A DNA stretch of 63,845 bases, counting the filler. It is 6 parts of 6 records of this genome, joined end to end, with 100 filler letters (N's around TTAATTAATTAA, not from the genome) between each part and the next. Parts side by side here need not be neighbours in the genome. Positions count along the whole stretch, not along the records: positions 26,964 to 32,990 come from DRR723986_8735; positions 33,091 to 45,560 come from DRR723986_8737; 4 more parts are not named here. The stretch is one strand, 5' to 3'. Each line of letters opens with the position of its first letter. Position 1 is the stretch's first letter. The notes under the pieces were generated by a model. It was not told the DNA's origin. It made no database searches and saw only the letters and a program-made list of their open reading frames with translations. Positions 29,870 to 39,553 of this stretch are shown in pieces. The translations under genes and the position numbers were made by a program.

Positions 29870-31603
29870 ATGCTGAACATCCCTCGCCCCTCCGGCGCCC
29901 CCATCCTGCCGATTATTGCGGCCCTGGGCCTGCTGTGTTTGCAGCTCCTTGCAACACCGGTGCATTTGCCGGCCGTGCCCGCACATCCGCCTGCTAATGT
30001 GCCAACTTATGTCCAAGAAAGTTGGAATGACGACCTGGACGGCGAGGCCGAAGCAGACTGGCCCGAATGGCGCATTCGCAACATCGCAGTCCACTACCCC
30101 GAGCAGCCCGGCAGCATCCTTGAGGTTCCCACCGCCGAACTTTCCGGATATATGCGCGACTTCATGATTCTGCAAAAAGGTGAACTGGCCGACTCGCTTC
30201 TGCTCGAAGAGGCGGCCTGGACGCTCATGCAATCCGGCCAGTTTGAGTTTGTGAAATATCTAATCTCAGAATTTGCGCCGCGCGAAGCCGACATTGCTTT
30301 TTTGGTTGTTGAGCGCAAGACGTTCATGCCGGCAGCCAATATTAACATCGGCGGCGAACAGGAAGATGCCGGTGTCAGCTTGTATTTGCCCGGCCTGCCC
30401 TTGGCTGGACACGAAGCCATGTTTGGCCCCATCAGCGCCGGATACCTCTACTCCTCAGAAAATGGCGGCGCCCACAACGCTCAGGCGGCATTCATGCTGC
30501 CGCTGACGAATTCGGGATTTAGCACTGCGGTAGAAATTGACTTCCGCGCATACAGCGAAGGCGACTCAAACCAAACAGCATTGAACTGGAAAGGTGAAGT
30601 TGGCCTGCCATTCCGTTCACCCTACGATGAATTCAGTTTTGGCCTGCGCGCCGACGTCCACAGCGGCCGCAGCTTTGATTATCGCAGTGCGGCACCCGTT
30701 ATTCAGGATCAGTCCGCGCGTTTTGAAGCCTGGTTCAGCCGCGGCTTCATACGCGAAGACCGCTTTTTTGTCTCGGCACTGGCTGGGTTTATGCCGCTCG
30801 CCGATGACGACAATCAGTGGCGCGAAGCTGCCGAAGGCAGCGGCTACATTCTCCTGGGCTTTTCCTCACTGGCGCAGGAATTCGGCAATGAAATGCTGAA
30901 TTCGGATAATCAGGTCATCAACCCACTTGGCGCCGTCGGTAACGTCGCATTTGGAAAGTTTTTCCCGGTCGGCTCCGACGGTGAACACTTTGTGTATGCC
31001 GGTGGTTCGGCGGCCTCGTCCACCCTGGTTACGCCGGACATCTACCTCTTTGGCAAAATTGGCGCCGGCAGTGGTTTTCGTGACGGCGCGGCGCGTTACA
31101 CCCATCTCAGGACCGAAGGGCTGGGGCATGCGTTCTTTACTGACGACTTGGTTTTAGCTGGACGTGTGCAGCAGCAGACGTCCTGGAACTGGCCCGCGCA
31201 ACGCCAGGCAGTCCTCGATAATCACGCCGGGCTGCGCGGATTTCCGGCCAACAGCCTCGTTGGAGACAACAGTCTTTTAGCCTCGCTGGAAATGCGCTGG
31301 ACGCCGCTCAAACTTGCTCAAAAGGTGAGCCTGGAGACCGCGCTGTTCTACGATGCCGGCGTCATCTGGAACCTGGATCAACAAATCGCGGCCCAGCGCG
31401 TCAATAGCGCCGCTGGAATTGGCCTGCGACTGCACCACGACTGGTTTGGCGGCAAGAACCTTGTGCGCCTCGATTTGGCCTACAATGTGAACGCAGCCGA
31501 GTTGGGCCAGGTTATACTGTCCACCAGCATGCCTTTCAGACTGTTCGGCTCACATGACTTTGAGCTTCCCGCCCTCGTTGGCGCACAATTTGATCGACGC
31601 TGA
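29870..31603 (+). CDS. Omp85/BamA-TamA-like outer-membrane protein
   Basis: Signal peptide, one POTRA-like segment, GLRGFP motif, FYDAG..W, GIGLR, RLDLAY. Confidence 0.7.
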   Translation: MLNIPRPSGAPILPIIAALGLLCLQLLATPVHLPAVPAHPPANVPTYVQESWNDDLDGEAEADWPEWRIRNIAVHYPEQPGSILEVPTAELSGYMRDFMILQKGELADSLLLEEAAWTLMQSGQFEFVKYLISEFAPREADIAFLVVERKTFMPAANINIGGEQEDAGVSLYLPGLPLAGHEAMFGPISAGYLYSSENGGAHNAQAAFMLPLTNSGFSTAVEIDFRAYSEGDSNQTALNWKGEVGLPFRSPYDEFSFGLRADVHSGRSFDYRSAAPVIQDQSARFEAWFSRGFIREDRFFVSALAGFMPLADDDNQWREAAEGSGYILLGFSSLAQEFGNEMLNSDNQVINPLGAVGNVAFGKFFPVGSDGEHFVYAGGSAASSTLVTPDIYLFGKIGAGSGFRDGAARYTHLRTEGLGHAFFTDDLVLAGRVQQQTSWNWPAQRQAVLDNHAGLRGFPANSLVGDNSLLASLEMRWTPLKLAQKVSLETALFYDAGVIWNLDQQIAAQRVNSAAGIGLRLHHDWFGGKNLVRLDLAYNVNAAELGQVILSTSMPFRLFGSHDFELPALVGAQFDRR

Positions 31604-31666
31604 CGGCCCCAAAACGGCGCGCATATGCATCACTTTCTATAAAACTTACCTGACTCGCAGAATACT

Positions 31667-32812
31667 ATGAAGTACGGATTTTCAACTACAGCCATTCACG
31701 TTGGTCAGGAACCCGAGGAACGCACCGGCGCCGTTACTGTGCCTCTCTATCAAACTTCGACCTATGCGCAGCAGGAAATCGGCCGGCATAAAGGTTTTGA
31801 GTACTCGCGTACCGATAACCCAACACGTCAGGCCTGGGAAAAAAATGTCGCTGCGCTCGAAAATGGAGCCGCAGGTATTGCTCTTGGTAGTGGAGCCGCC
31901 GCCCTAGACACGCTCCTGCGCCTCTTTTCGCAGGGTGATCACATCATCGCGGCTGAGGACATGTATGGCGGCACCTTCCGCCTTTTTGAAACCGTCTACC
32001 GTCGTTTTGGTTTTGAGTTCAGCTACGTTGATATGCGCGATCCAGCCAATGTTGCTGCTGCAGTCCGGCCCAACACAAAAATGATTTTCAGCGAGTCGCC
32101 CACCAATCCGATGATGAGCCTCACAGACCTGGCCGCCGTCGCCGAAATCGCCAAAACAGCTAACGTGCTGTTTGCGGTTGACAACACTTTCATGACGCCC
32201 TGCCTGCAACGTCCGCTCGATCTGGGCGCGGACATCGTCATGCACTCCGTCACCAAATATCTGGGTGGCCACTCGGATCTCGTCAGCGGGGTGCTTGTCA
32301 CAAAAACTACGGCAATGGCTAAACAATTGGCGACGCTGCAGAACTCGGCCGGCGCAGTTCCGGGACCGTTCGACTGCTGGTTGTGTTTAAGATCGACTAA
32401 AACGTTGGCGGTGCGCATGCAGCGTCACGACGAAAATGCACGTGCAATTGCCGCGTTCCTGGAAGCGGATTCACGTGTTAACAAAGTTTATTATCCCGGT
32501 CTGGCTTCACATCCGCAGCACGAACTGGCCAAACGCCAGCAGAACGGTTTTGGCGGCATGATTTCGATCGATCTGGGCACGGCCGAACGCGCGCATACTT
32601 TTGCACGTTCCACCAAACTTTTCATACTCGCCGAATCCCTGGGCGGCGTTGAATCGCTGATTAACTATCCGGCCTCAATGACACATGGCGCAGTTCCAGT
32701 TGAAACACGCGAACGCCTCGGCATTACTGCAGGTTTAATTCGTTTGTCGGTTGGCATTGAGGACAAGGAAGACTTACTGACGGATCTGGATGCGGCTCTG
32801 GCGGCAATGTAA
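31667..32812 (+). CDS. Cystathionine gamma-lyase/synthase (PLP)
   Basis: YQTSTY, YSRTDNPT, ESPTNP, VDNTF, HSVTKYLGGHSD, AESLGGVESL. Confidence 0.95.
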   Translation: MKYGFSTTAIHVGQEPEERTGAVTVPLYQTSTYAQQEIGRHKGFEYSRTDNPTRQAWEKNVAALENGAAGIALGSGAAALDTLLRLFSQGDHIIAAEDMYGGTFRLFETVYRRFGFEFSYVDMRDPANVAAAVRPNTKMIFSESPTNPMMSLTDLAAVAEIAKTANVLFAVDNTFMTPCLQRPLDLGADIVMHSVTKYLGGHSDLVSGVLVTKTTAMAKQLATLQNSAGAVPGPFDCWLCLRSTKTLAVRMQRHDENARAIAAFLEADSRVNKVYYPGLASHPQHELAKRQQNGFGGMISIDLGTAERAHTFARSTKLFILAESLGGVESLINYPASMTHGAVPVETRERLGITAGLIRLSVGIEDKEDLLTDLDAALAAM

Positions 32813-32879
32813 GCGTCCGCTGGTTTAGGCTGTTTAACGGCAGCGTTTAACGCTTATACTTTGGGTAGAAATCACATCC

Positions 32880-32909
32880 GGGGCTTCTTTTAACTGGGAG
32901 CCCCTTTTT
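32880..32909 (+). terminator. Intrinsic terminator
   Basis: GGGGCTTCT-tttaact-GGGAGCCCC (with G-U pairs) followed by TTTTT. Confidence 0.65.
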
Positions 32910-32990
32910 GTTGACTTCATTTTATTTAAGCTAAACAAAACCCCTTGCGCGCTTGCGCCCCTCTCACTCCGTTCGGTGGCTGGCTTGTTT

Positions 32991-33090
32991 NNNNNNNNNN
33001 NNNNNNNNNNNNNNNNNNNNNNNNNNNNNNNNNNTTAATTAATTAANNNNNNNNNNNNNNNNNNNNNNNNNNNNNNNNNNNNNNNNNNNN
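32991..33090. other. Artificial contig spacer
   Basis: N-run, TTAATTAATTAA, N-run. Confidence 0.98.
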
Positions 33091-33545
33091 GGGTCCAGCC
33101 CTAAGGGCTCGACCCGGTTGATGGATTTGTGTTGAGCAGAATTTAAGACCGCAAACTCAGGAATTAGCTGCATTCAGCCTCAATTGCTGCCCACTCCACC
33201 AAAAAGCCTTGAAATTGTCACAGATCGGTAAAAGTCGGAGTCTGTGGTTGGTTGTTATCTGGTATTCGTGTGCCGCCAAACCTGAACTCAAGTTCTTTGG
33301 AGCAAGACCTAGAACCTCAGGTCTTTGAGACCAAAGCCCCTGAGGAGTAGAGCTGCGAGTCTGTAAGTTCGGCTCAAAGTCTGAAGTGATTCAGACAGGC
33401 TGAAGTGCTGGAGCATTGTAGAGCAAGAGTTAACAAAAGAAAAAAGAGCTAGCCGCCGGTTTTATAGAAGGTGGCGCGGCGGTGCCTTTTTGTAAAGTTT
33501 TATTGCAAAGCCAGATGCCAGGTCTGCTGCTTAGTGTTTATTGTT

Positions 33546-34034
33546 TTAGCTGCGCGGCAGTGTTAAAGATAAAGTGCGTGTGCGTTCGCCAAAACCCAGC
33601 GTTTTGTATAGCGCCTGCGCTGCTGTGTTCTGTGCCGCCACTTCCAGTTCAATCCCGTCAAAGTTTTCCCGCTCGGCAATGTTCTGTGCGTGTTTAAGTA
33701 AGGCGCGTGCAATTCCGCTACGGCGATATGACTCCGCAACAAATATATTGTCAATAATTAAACGGCGCTGCGGCCTGATCAGTTTTGACTGTGTCTGTTT
33801 CTTGTAAAGGATAATAAAGGCGCAGAGTTCGGCGCCGCTGGCCTCTGCCACCAAAATGTTAAAGGCGTCCGAGTGCAGCATGTTCTGAAATTTACTGTGC
33901 CAGTCGCTTGCTACAAAACTGTTGAAGAAGTCCGGGGCGAAGTCTGTATAAGCCTGGTGTGCTGCCGCCACCAAGGTGCATAACCCGTCCTGATCATCAG
34001 GTGTTGCAGCGCGAATGTTAATTTCTGCGTTCAT
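33546..34034 (-). CDS. GNAT N-acetyltransferase
   Basis: IRAATPDD, IFVAESYRRSGIARAL, N.AAQALYKTLGF. Confidence 0.9.
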   Translation of the reverse strand: MNAEINIRAATPDDQDGLCTLVAAAHQAYTDFAPDFFNSFVASDWHSKFQNMLHSDAFNILVAEASGAELCAFIILYKKQTQSKLIRPQRRLIIDNIFVAESYRRSGIARALLKHAQNIAERENFDGIELEVAAQNTAAQALYKTLGFGERTRTLSLTLPRS

Positions 34035-34705
34035 TGTGAACGGACGGTGAATAATAAAACAACGGTGACAACAAATGTGGAGGCCACAACCAGGGGTTCA
34101 ACGATTTCGCCAAAGAATCCACGTTCTTCCTCGGGTTCCACAGCCCGTGCAAAGTCGTAAGCCGAAGCCTGTGTGTTGGGGAGCTGCGTGCGTGCGAGCG
34201 CGTCGGAATAGTTGCCGTGAAATTCACCAAGCGAATTAACAATTCCGTTTTGATTCTGTGTGCCAACTGAAAAGGCGAACTCGGCGCGGCGCAGGACGGT
34301 ATCCGCACTTTCGGGATGATTAAACAGTTGTACTTTGCAGCGTCGGATGCCAATTTTTAGGGTTGTTTGTGAACCGCCGTCATCTTTGTTTTTGGACCAG
34401 GTGACGTCGGGCATTTGTTCCAGGATATGACTTTCCAGGAGCCAGTCGGCCGGATGTGCTTCGATTTCGAGCACGAGTTTTTTTGCATTCGGCATTACAT
34501 TCGGTAGCTGTTTAACCGATGCGCGTACGAGGGAGTCCAGAACGTTAAAGTTGGCGGGTGGAAATTCGCGGCTTGGAAATGCGCTGTGGGAAGTCGTTGT
34601 TGCGGCCGCAGCTTCGGAAGGTGGAATTGGCTGTGCCGCGGAATTGACGGACAAGCTAAGGATGCAGGCCAGGCAGAGAATCACGATTCGAAGCGGGGAA
34701 GTCAT
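34031..34705 (-). CDS. Hypothetical exported protein with C-terminal membrane anchor
   Basis: Signal peptide; C-terminal EPLVVASTFVVTVVLLFTVRSQ; 4-nt overlaps with both neighbours. Confidence 0.75.
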   Translation of the reverse strand: MTSPLRIVILCLACILSLSVNSAAQPIPPSEAAAATTTSHSAFPSREFPPANFNVLDSLVRASVKQLPNVMPNAKKLVLEIEAHPADWLLESHILEQMPDVTWSKNKDDGGSQTTLKIGIRRCKVQLFNHPESADTVLRRAEFAFSVGTQNQNGIVNSLGEFHGNYSDALARTQLPNTQASAYDFARAVEPEEERGFFGEIVEPLVVASTFVVTVVLLFTVRSQ

Positions 34706-35214
34706 AGGTTGTGAGACTGTTTAAAGTGTGCCATTGCCATTGCCAGATCGTCTTCGTTGTCATACAGACCAGGACGAATGCGCAAGGCCCGTCTGCGTTC
34801 GTGCAGGCGAATCCGAATCAGTTTTGATGTGCCGCCGGCGCGCTGAAAACGATCGCGCCTGAGCGAAATCGCCTTGATATCAGCAACCTTAAAGACGCGC
34901 ACCCGCCAGCGATTTTTGAAGGTGATTGCCTCCGCGGAGACAATCAATGAGCGGCGTGCAAACGACTGATAGGCAAGCGTGGCCGAAGACTGCACTATTA
35001 ATATGGCCAGCAAGATAACCACGGGGTCATCCAGGGCGAAAGTCAAAAATCCGCTCTCAACGGATCCAGCTACGAATGCGTACAGCGCCAGGGCGATTAA
35101 ATACATGGCGAGGGCCTGCCAATAGAAATCGACGCGGTAGGGGAATTCGTTCTTGGCACTGGCGCCATTTGGATTGGCGTTGTGCGGATCTGGCGCTTCA
35201 GCGTTGGTCGTCAT
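34702..35214 (-). CDS. Hypothetical membrane protein (2 TM + bacterial PH-like domain)
   Basis: Two TM helices followed by a basic beta-rich domain; overlaps the downstream gene start. Confidence 0.7.
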   Translation of the reverse strand: MTTNAEAPDPHNANPNGASAKNEFPYRVDFYWQALAMYLIALALYAFVAGSVESGFLTFALDDPVVILLAILIVQSSATLAYQSFARRSLIVSAEAITFKNRWRVRVFKVADIKAISLRRDRFQRAGGTSKLIRIRLHERRRALRIRPGLYDNEDDLAMAMAHFKQSHNL

Positions 35215-35378
35215 ACTCTTGCTTGTGTGTCCGGGCCTGCATGGATTGATTGGCAAACTTAGCACATCGGGCTATCGTCGGCAAACGCGCGGCGATCTTC
35301 TTTGACCGTGGAGCTGCCAGGGTTTCGGATTTAGAGCCTTGCCCGGCAGGACATCAATATGTCAAATTATCGTGCAAT

Positions 35379-36506
35379 TCATGAGTCAATTAGTGATTCC
35401 ACCTGCAGGTCACGCAGGATTGTCGTTGCAATCTGCGCCCCGGCGTCGGGTTTGGCAAAGCCGGCGGCGGCAGTGCTCATAGCCGCCAATTTTTCGGGAG
35501 CGGCCATCAAATCGAGCACCGCCTGTGGCAGGACTGTGGCAATCTCGTCATTTTTTACCCACAGGGCCGCGCCTGCATTCTGCATCACACCTGCATTGGC
35601 GCTTTGTTCATCATTGGCGGCCGAAGGCAGCGGCACGAGGATTGAAGGTTTGGCCATGGCATTCAGTTCGGCGACGGTTGTAGCTCCGGCACGTGAGAGG
35701 ATCAGGTCTGCCGCGGCATATGCCGTGGGCATGTCGTCAATAAACTCGCTGATGTGGACCCCCGCGGGTGCGTCCAGGCCCGCCGGATCAAAGGTGCGTC
35801 CGGTTTGCCAGATGATTTGCATGCCGCTCTCGGCCAGTGTATTCAGATGTAGCTGCATGGCCTGGTTGATGGAGCGCGCGCCGAGGCTGCCGCCAAAAAC
35901 GAAGAGGGTCGGGCGTTCGGGGTCGAGGCCCAGCTTTTGGCGTGCCGCAGTTTTGTCCGGGGCGCTGAAGAAATCGCGGCGCACCGGATTGCCGCTCACA
36001 AACAGTTTAGACTGCCGACCGGCATCAAAGTAATCACGTGATTCTTCAAAGCTCACAAAAATGCGGTCGGCCTTGCGTGATAGCGCTCGGACGGCTTTGC
36101 CGGGATTGGCGTCGGCCTGCATCAGGTAGAGTTTGGAGCTGCGCACAGCCGCCAGCCCCGCAGGATAACTGATATAAGCTCCGGCACAGAGGACGGCCTG
36201 CACGCCGAATGACTTGATCAGGGCTTTGCAGCGCTGTGTGGACTGCAGAACGCGGAAGGGCAGCAGAAGGGTGCTCGCCGAGCGCAGCGAGGTCAGGCCG
36301 CGAATCGGCAGACTTTCATAGCGATATCCGGCTGCGGGTACGAGTCTGGACTCAATTTTGTCGGGTGTTCCCACAAAAATGAATTGGCTTGGAGATAATC
36401 CACGTTCCAAGAGTTGTTCCACAACGGCCATGGCCGGAAAAAGGTGGCCACCAGTTCCGCCTGCGGCCACCATAATTCGTACCTCGGATTTCTGCATGAA
36501 AATCAT
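35379..36506 (-). CDS. murG: Undecaprenyl-PP-MurNAc-pentapeptide GlcNAc transferase
   Basis: GGTGGHLFPA, GNPVR, GGSLGA..IN, SRAGATT.AE, Q..NA. Confidence 0.93.
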   Translation of the reverse strand: MIFMQKSEVRIMVAAGGTGGHLFPAMAVVEQLLERGLSPSQFIFVGTPDKIESRLVPAAGYRYESLPIRGLTSLRSASTLLLPFRVLQSTQRCKALIKSFGVQAVLCAGAYISYPAGLAAVRSSKLYLMQADANPGKAVRALSRKADRIFVSFEESRDYFDAGRQSKLFVSGNPVRRDFFSAPDKTAARQKLGLDPERPTLFVFGGSLGARSINQAMQLHLNTLAESGMQIIWQTGRTFDPAGLDAPAGVHISEFIDDMPTAYAAADLILSRAGATTVAELNAMAKPSILVPLPSAANDEQSANAGVMQNAGAALWVKNDEIATVLPQAVLDLMAAPEKLAAMSTAAAGFAKPDAGAQIATTILRDLQVESLIDS

Positions 36507-36610
36507 CCATTTTACTTTAAGTCAATGCCGTTAGGTTGTTAATATGCAAAATAGTAAGTTTATACATGAATGGGCGTCTCATTGTTTTAAAGCAACCAAA
36601 ATCTGGCAGT

Positions 36611-37495
36611 ATGAAGAGGAAATTCGCCACTGACCGCCGCGGTGTAATCGCGGTGGCGATTTGTATTGTAGTGTTATGTAGCTCGGCTGAAATATTTGGC
36701 CAGGCGGAAAATCTGGTGCGCAACAAACTGCAAAAAGTTGCGATGGGTGAAGGTGCGCAAGTGCGGCAGGAACTGCCGGATTTGCTTGCGGACTTCCCGA
36801 ACGATCCGGGTGTCGTGTTTTTGCATGCCACACTGGTCGATGATGCTTCGCGTGCCGTACCACTTTTTGAGAAAATTGTCCGCGACTACCCCAATAGTGA
36901 ATGGGCCGACGACGCGCAATGGCGTCTGGTGCAGATCTATTCGGTGCTGCGCGACTCTGACAAAGCCGGGCGGGCTCTTAACCAATTCCGTTCTAACTAT
37001 CCCGACTCTGAATTCCTGATCCACGCGGCCGGCATTGTCAAAATGACGGTGGGTGCGAATGCAGCGGCCACGCCGATTGCGTCGAATTCAGCTAAGGCAG
37101 AACCACGCTCCATGGCGGCCGACATCGTTGAAATGCCTACGCGCGCCAAACCAATGCAGGTGACGCCGGAATCGGCTGCTGAGGAATCACAACCGGCCAC
37201 AACACCAACGGACCAGGCGCAGACAACGCCTGCACCTACAGAGGCGGCGGAAGCGGACGGAACGCGTTACACCTTGCAGGTGGGCCTGTATAGCTCGGCA
37301 GAAAGTGCGCAGGCTGAGTTGGGGCGTTTTACGCGTTTCCGCATGCGCGCAGAGATTATCGAGAAAAATCTGAACGGCACACCCAAGTATGCCGTGACTA
37401 TCGGAGACTACAGCACGCGCGACTCAGCTGAGCGCGCACGTGCCACAGTCAAAAAGTACTGCAACTGTACTCCATTTATCGTAGCGCGCAATTGA
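36611..37495 (+). CDS. SPOR-domain protein with N-terminal TPR/BamD-like helices
   Basis: Signal peptide, YPNSEWADDA and YPDSEF repeats, low-complexity linker, YTLQVGLYSS...Y.V.IG.Y SPOR domain. Confidence 0.85.
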   Translation: MKRKFATDRRGVIAVAICIVVLCSSAEIFGQAENLVRNKLQKVAMGEGAQVRQELPDLLADFPNDPGVVFLHATLVDDASRAVPLFEKIVRDYPNSEWADDAQWRLVQIYSVLRDSDKAGRALNQFRSNYPDSEFLIHAAGIVKMTVGANAAATPIASNSAKAEPRSMAADIVEMPTRAKPMQVTPESAAEESQPATTPTDQAQTTPAPTEAAEADGTRYTLQVGLYSSAESAQAELGRFTRFRMRAEIIEKNLNGTPKYAVTIGDYSTRDSAERARATVKKYCNCTPFIVARN

Positions 37496-37558
37496 GGCAC
37501 AAGGGCTGGTTCCCTTGCCGGACTTCCGGGCTGGGCCTCTTGCCGGATCCGGGCTGGA

Positions 37559-38008
37559 TCACTTTAGATTGCGCGCGTCGGCGACACATTTCAGTTCAAT
37601 CGCGATTGGCGTAGGCAGGGAGCAGATTTCTACCGTCGTGCGGCAGGGCTGTGCGTCGGCAAAATATTCGGCGTAGATGCGATTATAGGTTTTGAAGTCG
37701 GCTTTCATGTTCGTTAAAAAGACGGTTACATCCACTAAGTCCGTCCATTCAGCGCCGCAATCTTCAAGTACGTGCCGCACGTTGCGGAAAACGGAATGGC
37801 ACTGGGCTTCAATGTCATAGCTGATGATTTCACCCTGAGCATCCAGTTCAACACCTGGAATCGCTTTAGTACCGCGTTCGCGTGGGCCAATGCCCGAGAG
37901 GAATAGCAGGTCGCCCAGGCGCCGGGCATGCGGATAGAGTCCCACGGGTTCAGGCGCTTTTTGGGACATGTGTTTGGGAGCAGTGCTCTGCGGCGTCGCT
38001 TCGGACAT
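37559..38008 (-). CDS. RidA family protein (2-aminomuconate deaminase-like subgroup)
   Basis: APEPVGLYPHA, LFLSG, YNRIYAEYF, PCRTTVE, IELKC. Confidence 0.88.
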   Translation of the reverse strand: MSEATPQSTAPKHMSQKAPEPVGLYPHARRLGDLLFLSGIGPRERGTKAIPGVELDAQGEIISYDIEAQCHSVFRNVRHVLEDCGAEWTDLVDVTVFLTNMKADFKTYNRIYAEYFADAQPCRTTVEICSLPTPIAIELKCVADARNLK

Positions 38009-38258
38009 GACATTCCTCGATTTCAGTTAGACTCTGTGAAAATACGACTGCAAATTTACGCAATCGCAGGCTTCCGGCATAGGCAGGCGCTACATTCTGG
38101 TGTGCGTGGATTGTGTTTATGTGGCTATGTGGCTGAAATCTTTGGCTCCGGCAAATTGAAAGTTGTGTATTTTCCGTTTTTAGGCTCAAATCCTGAATTA
38201 TGTTATTACGCCGTGGAGAGAATGCCGCCACGGACAATACAAGCTGGTTAGTACTATT

Positions 38259-38807
38259 ATGAGCAGGCAAAAACGCAAAACCGTCGTCGTTTGTGGTGGC
38301 GGACAAGCCGAAAGTGATTCCAAGTTGTATAGCATTGCCGAAACTGTTGGTCAGCGGCTGGGGGAAGCCGGTTATTCTGTGGCCACAGGCGGATATGGTG
38401 GAGTAATGGAAGCGGCACTCAAAGGCGCACAACTGCACGAAGTGGCTACCGTGGGAGTGACGCTGAATAATCGCGAGGCCAAGCCCAACCAATATGTTTC
38501 AGCCGAAGTCCCGGCCGAGAGCTATCAGGCGCGCCTGATGGAACTGATTAATATGGGCGACGCTTTTGTTGTGCTGGAAGGTGGAACGGGTACGTTGCTC
38601 GAACTCGCAATGGTCTGGGCGCTTAAGAGTCGAAAACTGATAGCCAATTGCCCAATTGTTTGCATCTGTGAACAATGGCGCGAAGTTGTTGAAACGATGT
38701 CCTTTTACTCAGAAGAGGCACTCACCGACTCGTCACAATTGCACTTTGCCTCCAGCATTGATGAGGCGATGGAGTTAATAGAGCGGCTCATGCCGCTACA
38801 GGACTAA
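38259..38807 (+). CDS. LOG/SLOG family protein
   Basis: TGGYGGVMEAA and EGGTGTLLE (a PGGxGTxxE variant). Confidence 0.88.
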   Translation: MSRQKRKTVVVCGGGQAESDSKLYSIAETVGQRLGEAGYSVATGGYGGVMEAALKGAQLHEVATVGVTLNNREAKPNQYVSAEVPAESYQARLMELINMGDAFVVLEGGTGTLLELAMVWALKSRKLIANCPIVCICEQWREVVETMSFYSEEALTDSSQLHFASSIDEAMELIERLMPLQD

Positions 38808-39066
38808 GGTTGTTTGTGTCGCCACGCACCAGAGACAAAATCTTTGTGGGGCGCGCAAACTCATGCAGGGTAATCTGCGTCTAAGGGCTTGGTCAAATTA
38901 TTGACTGCGCGGATGGCCCGCGTGCACTGTGGTCTGTTCAGTAGAATTGGTCTGCGCCTTTAGCCGATTCAAAACCGAAGGACGTGCCACAAATGCACAA
39001 TAACAGAGATTGTCAGAACTGTAGCCCGGTCTGGAGCCAGAACGATAGAATGACCCGAGGATTCAC

Positions 39067-39516
39067 ATGAGCCAGCTTTGGCGACGCGCCGTTAATATTG
39101 CCAAATCCTACATCAACGATTCCAGCTCTGCATTTGGCAGTCGTTCCGAGACCGAAGACGAGGAGCTGCGCCGCATCATAGATGAAATCAGCCGCGAAAA
39201 CGCGGCTGACGAAGCCGAGGGTAAAACTTCAAATGCTTCGGGATCATCGTCACAGCAGGGGCGGCGAAGCAACAATCAAAACCAGCAGAAACACACTGAT
39301 GGCTCGATGACTGTGGCTGAGGCCTGCAAAATCCTTGAGATTCCACCTTCGGCAGACGTCGAAGCTATCAAGCGTGGTTATAAGCGCCAGATCCGACTGT
39401 ATCACCCCGACCGGGTGGCAACAGAAGACCAGAAGGTCAGGGATGTGGCAGCTCAGCGCTCGCGTGATATCAACCGGGCTTATGCATTCCTGAAAAAAGC
39501 GCACAACTTCAACTGA
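39067..39516 (+). CDS. Protein with C-terminal J domain
   Basis: ACKILEI...IKRGYKRQIRLYHPDR...INRAYAFLK. Confidence 0.9.
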   Translation: MSQLWRRAVNIAKSYINDSSSAFGSRSETEDEELRRIIDEISRENAADEAEGKTSNASGSSSQQGRRSNNQNQQKHTDGSMTVAEACKILEIPPSADVEAIKRGYKRQIRLYHPDRVATEDQKVRDVAAQRSRDINRAYAFLKKAHNFN

Positions 39517-39553
39517 CACCTGGCGAACTACTTAGCATAGAAGGGATTACCCG

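Noticed and set aside
32940..32990. Short shared words (GGCTGGCT, AAACAAG/CTTGTTT) at both ends of contig 3 suggesting terminal repeats
   Set aside because: Matches are too short and inconsistently oriented to support an element.
33150..33202. CTCCACCA resembling a tRNA/tmRNA 3' end
   Set aside because: No T-loop (GTTCRA) or acceptor-stem partner upstream.
37514..37557. Imperfect duplication CTTGCCGGA..CCGGGCTGG between convergent genes
   Set aside because: Only two short copies and no unique spacers; not CRISPR, probably terminator-region noise.
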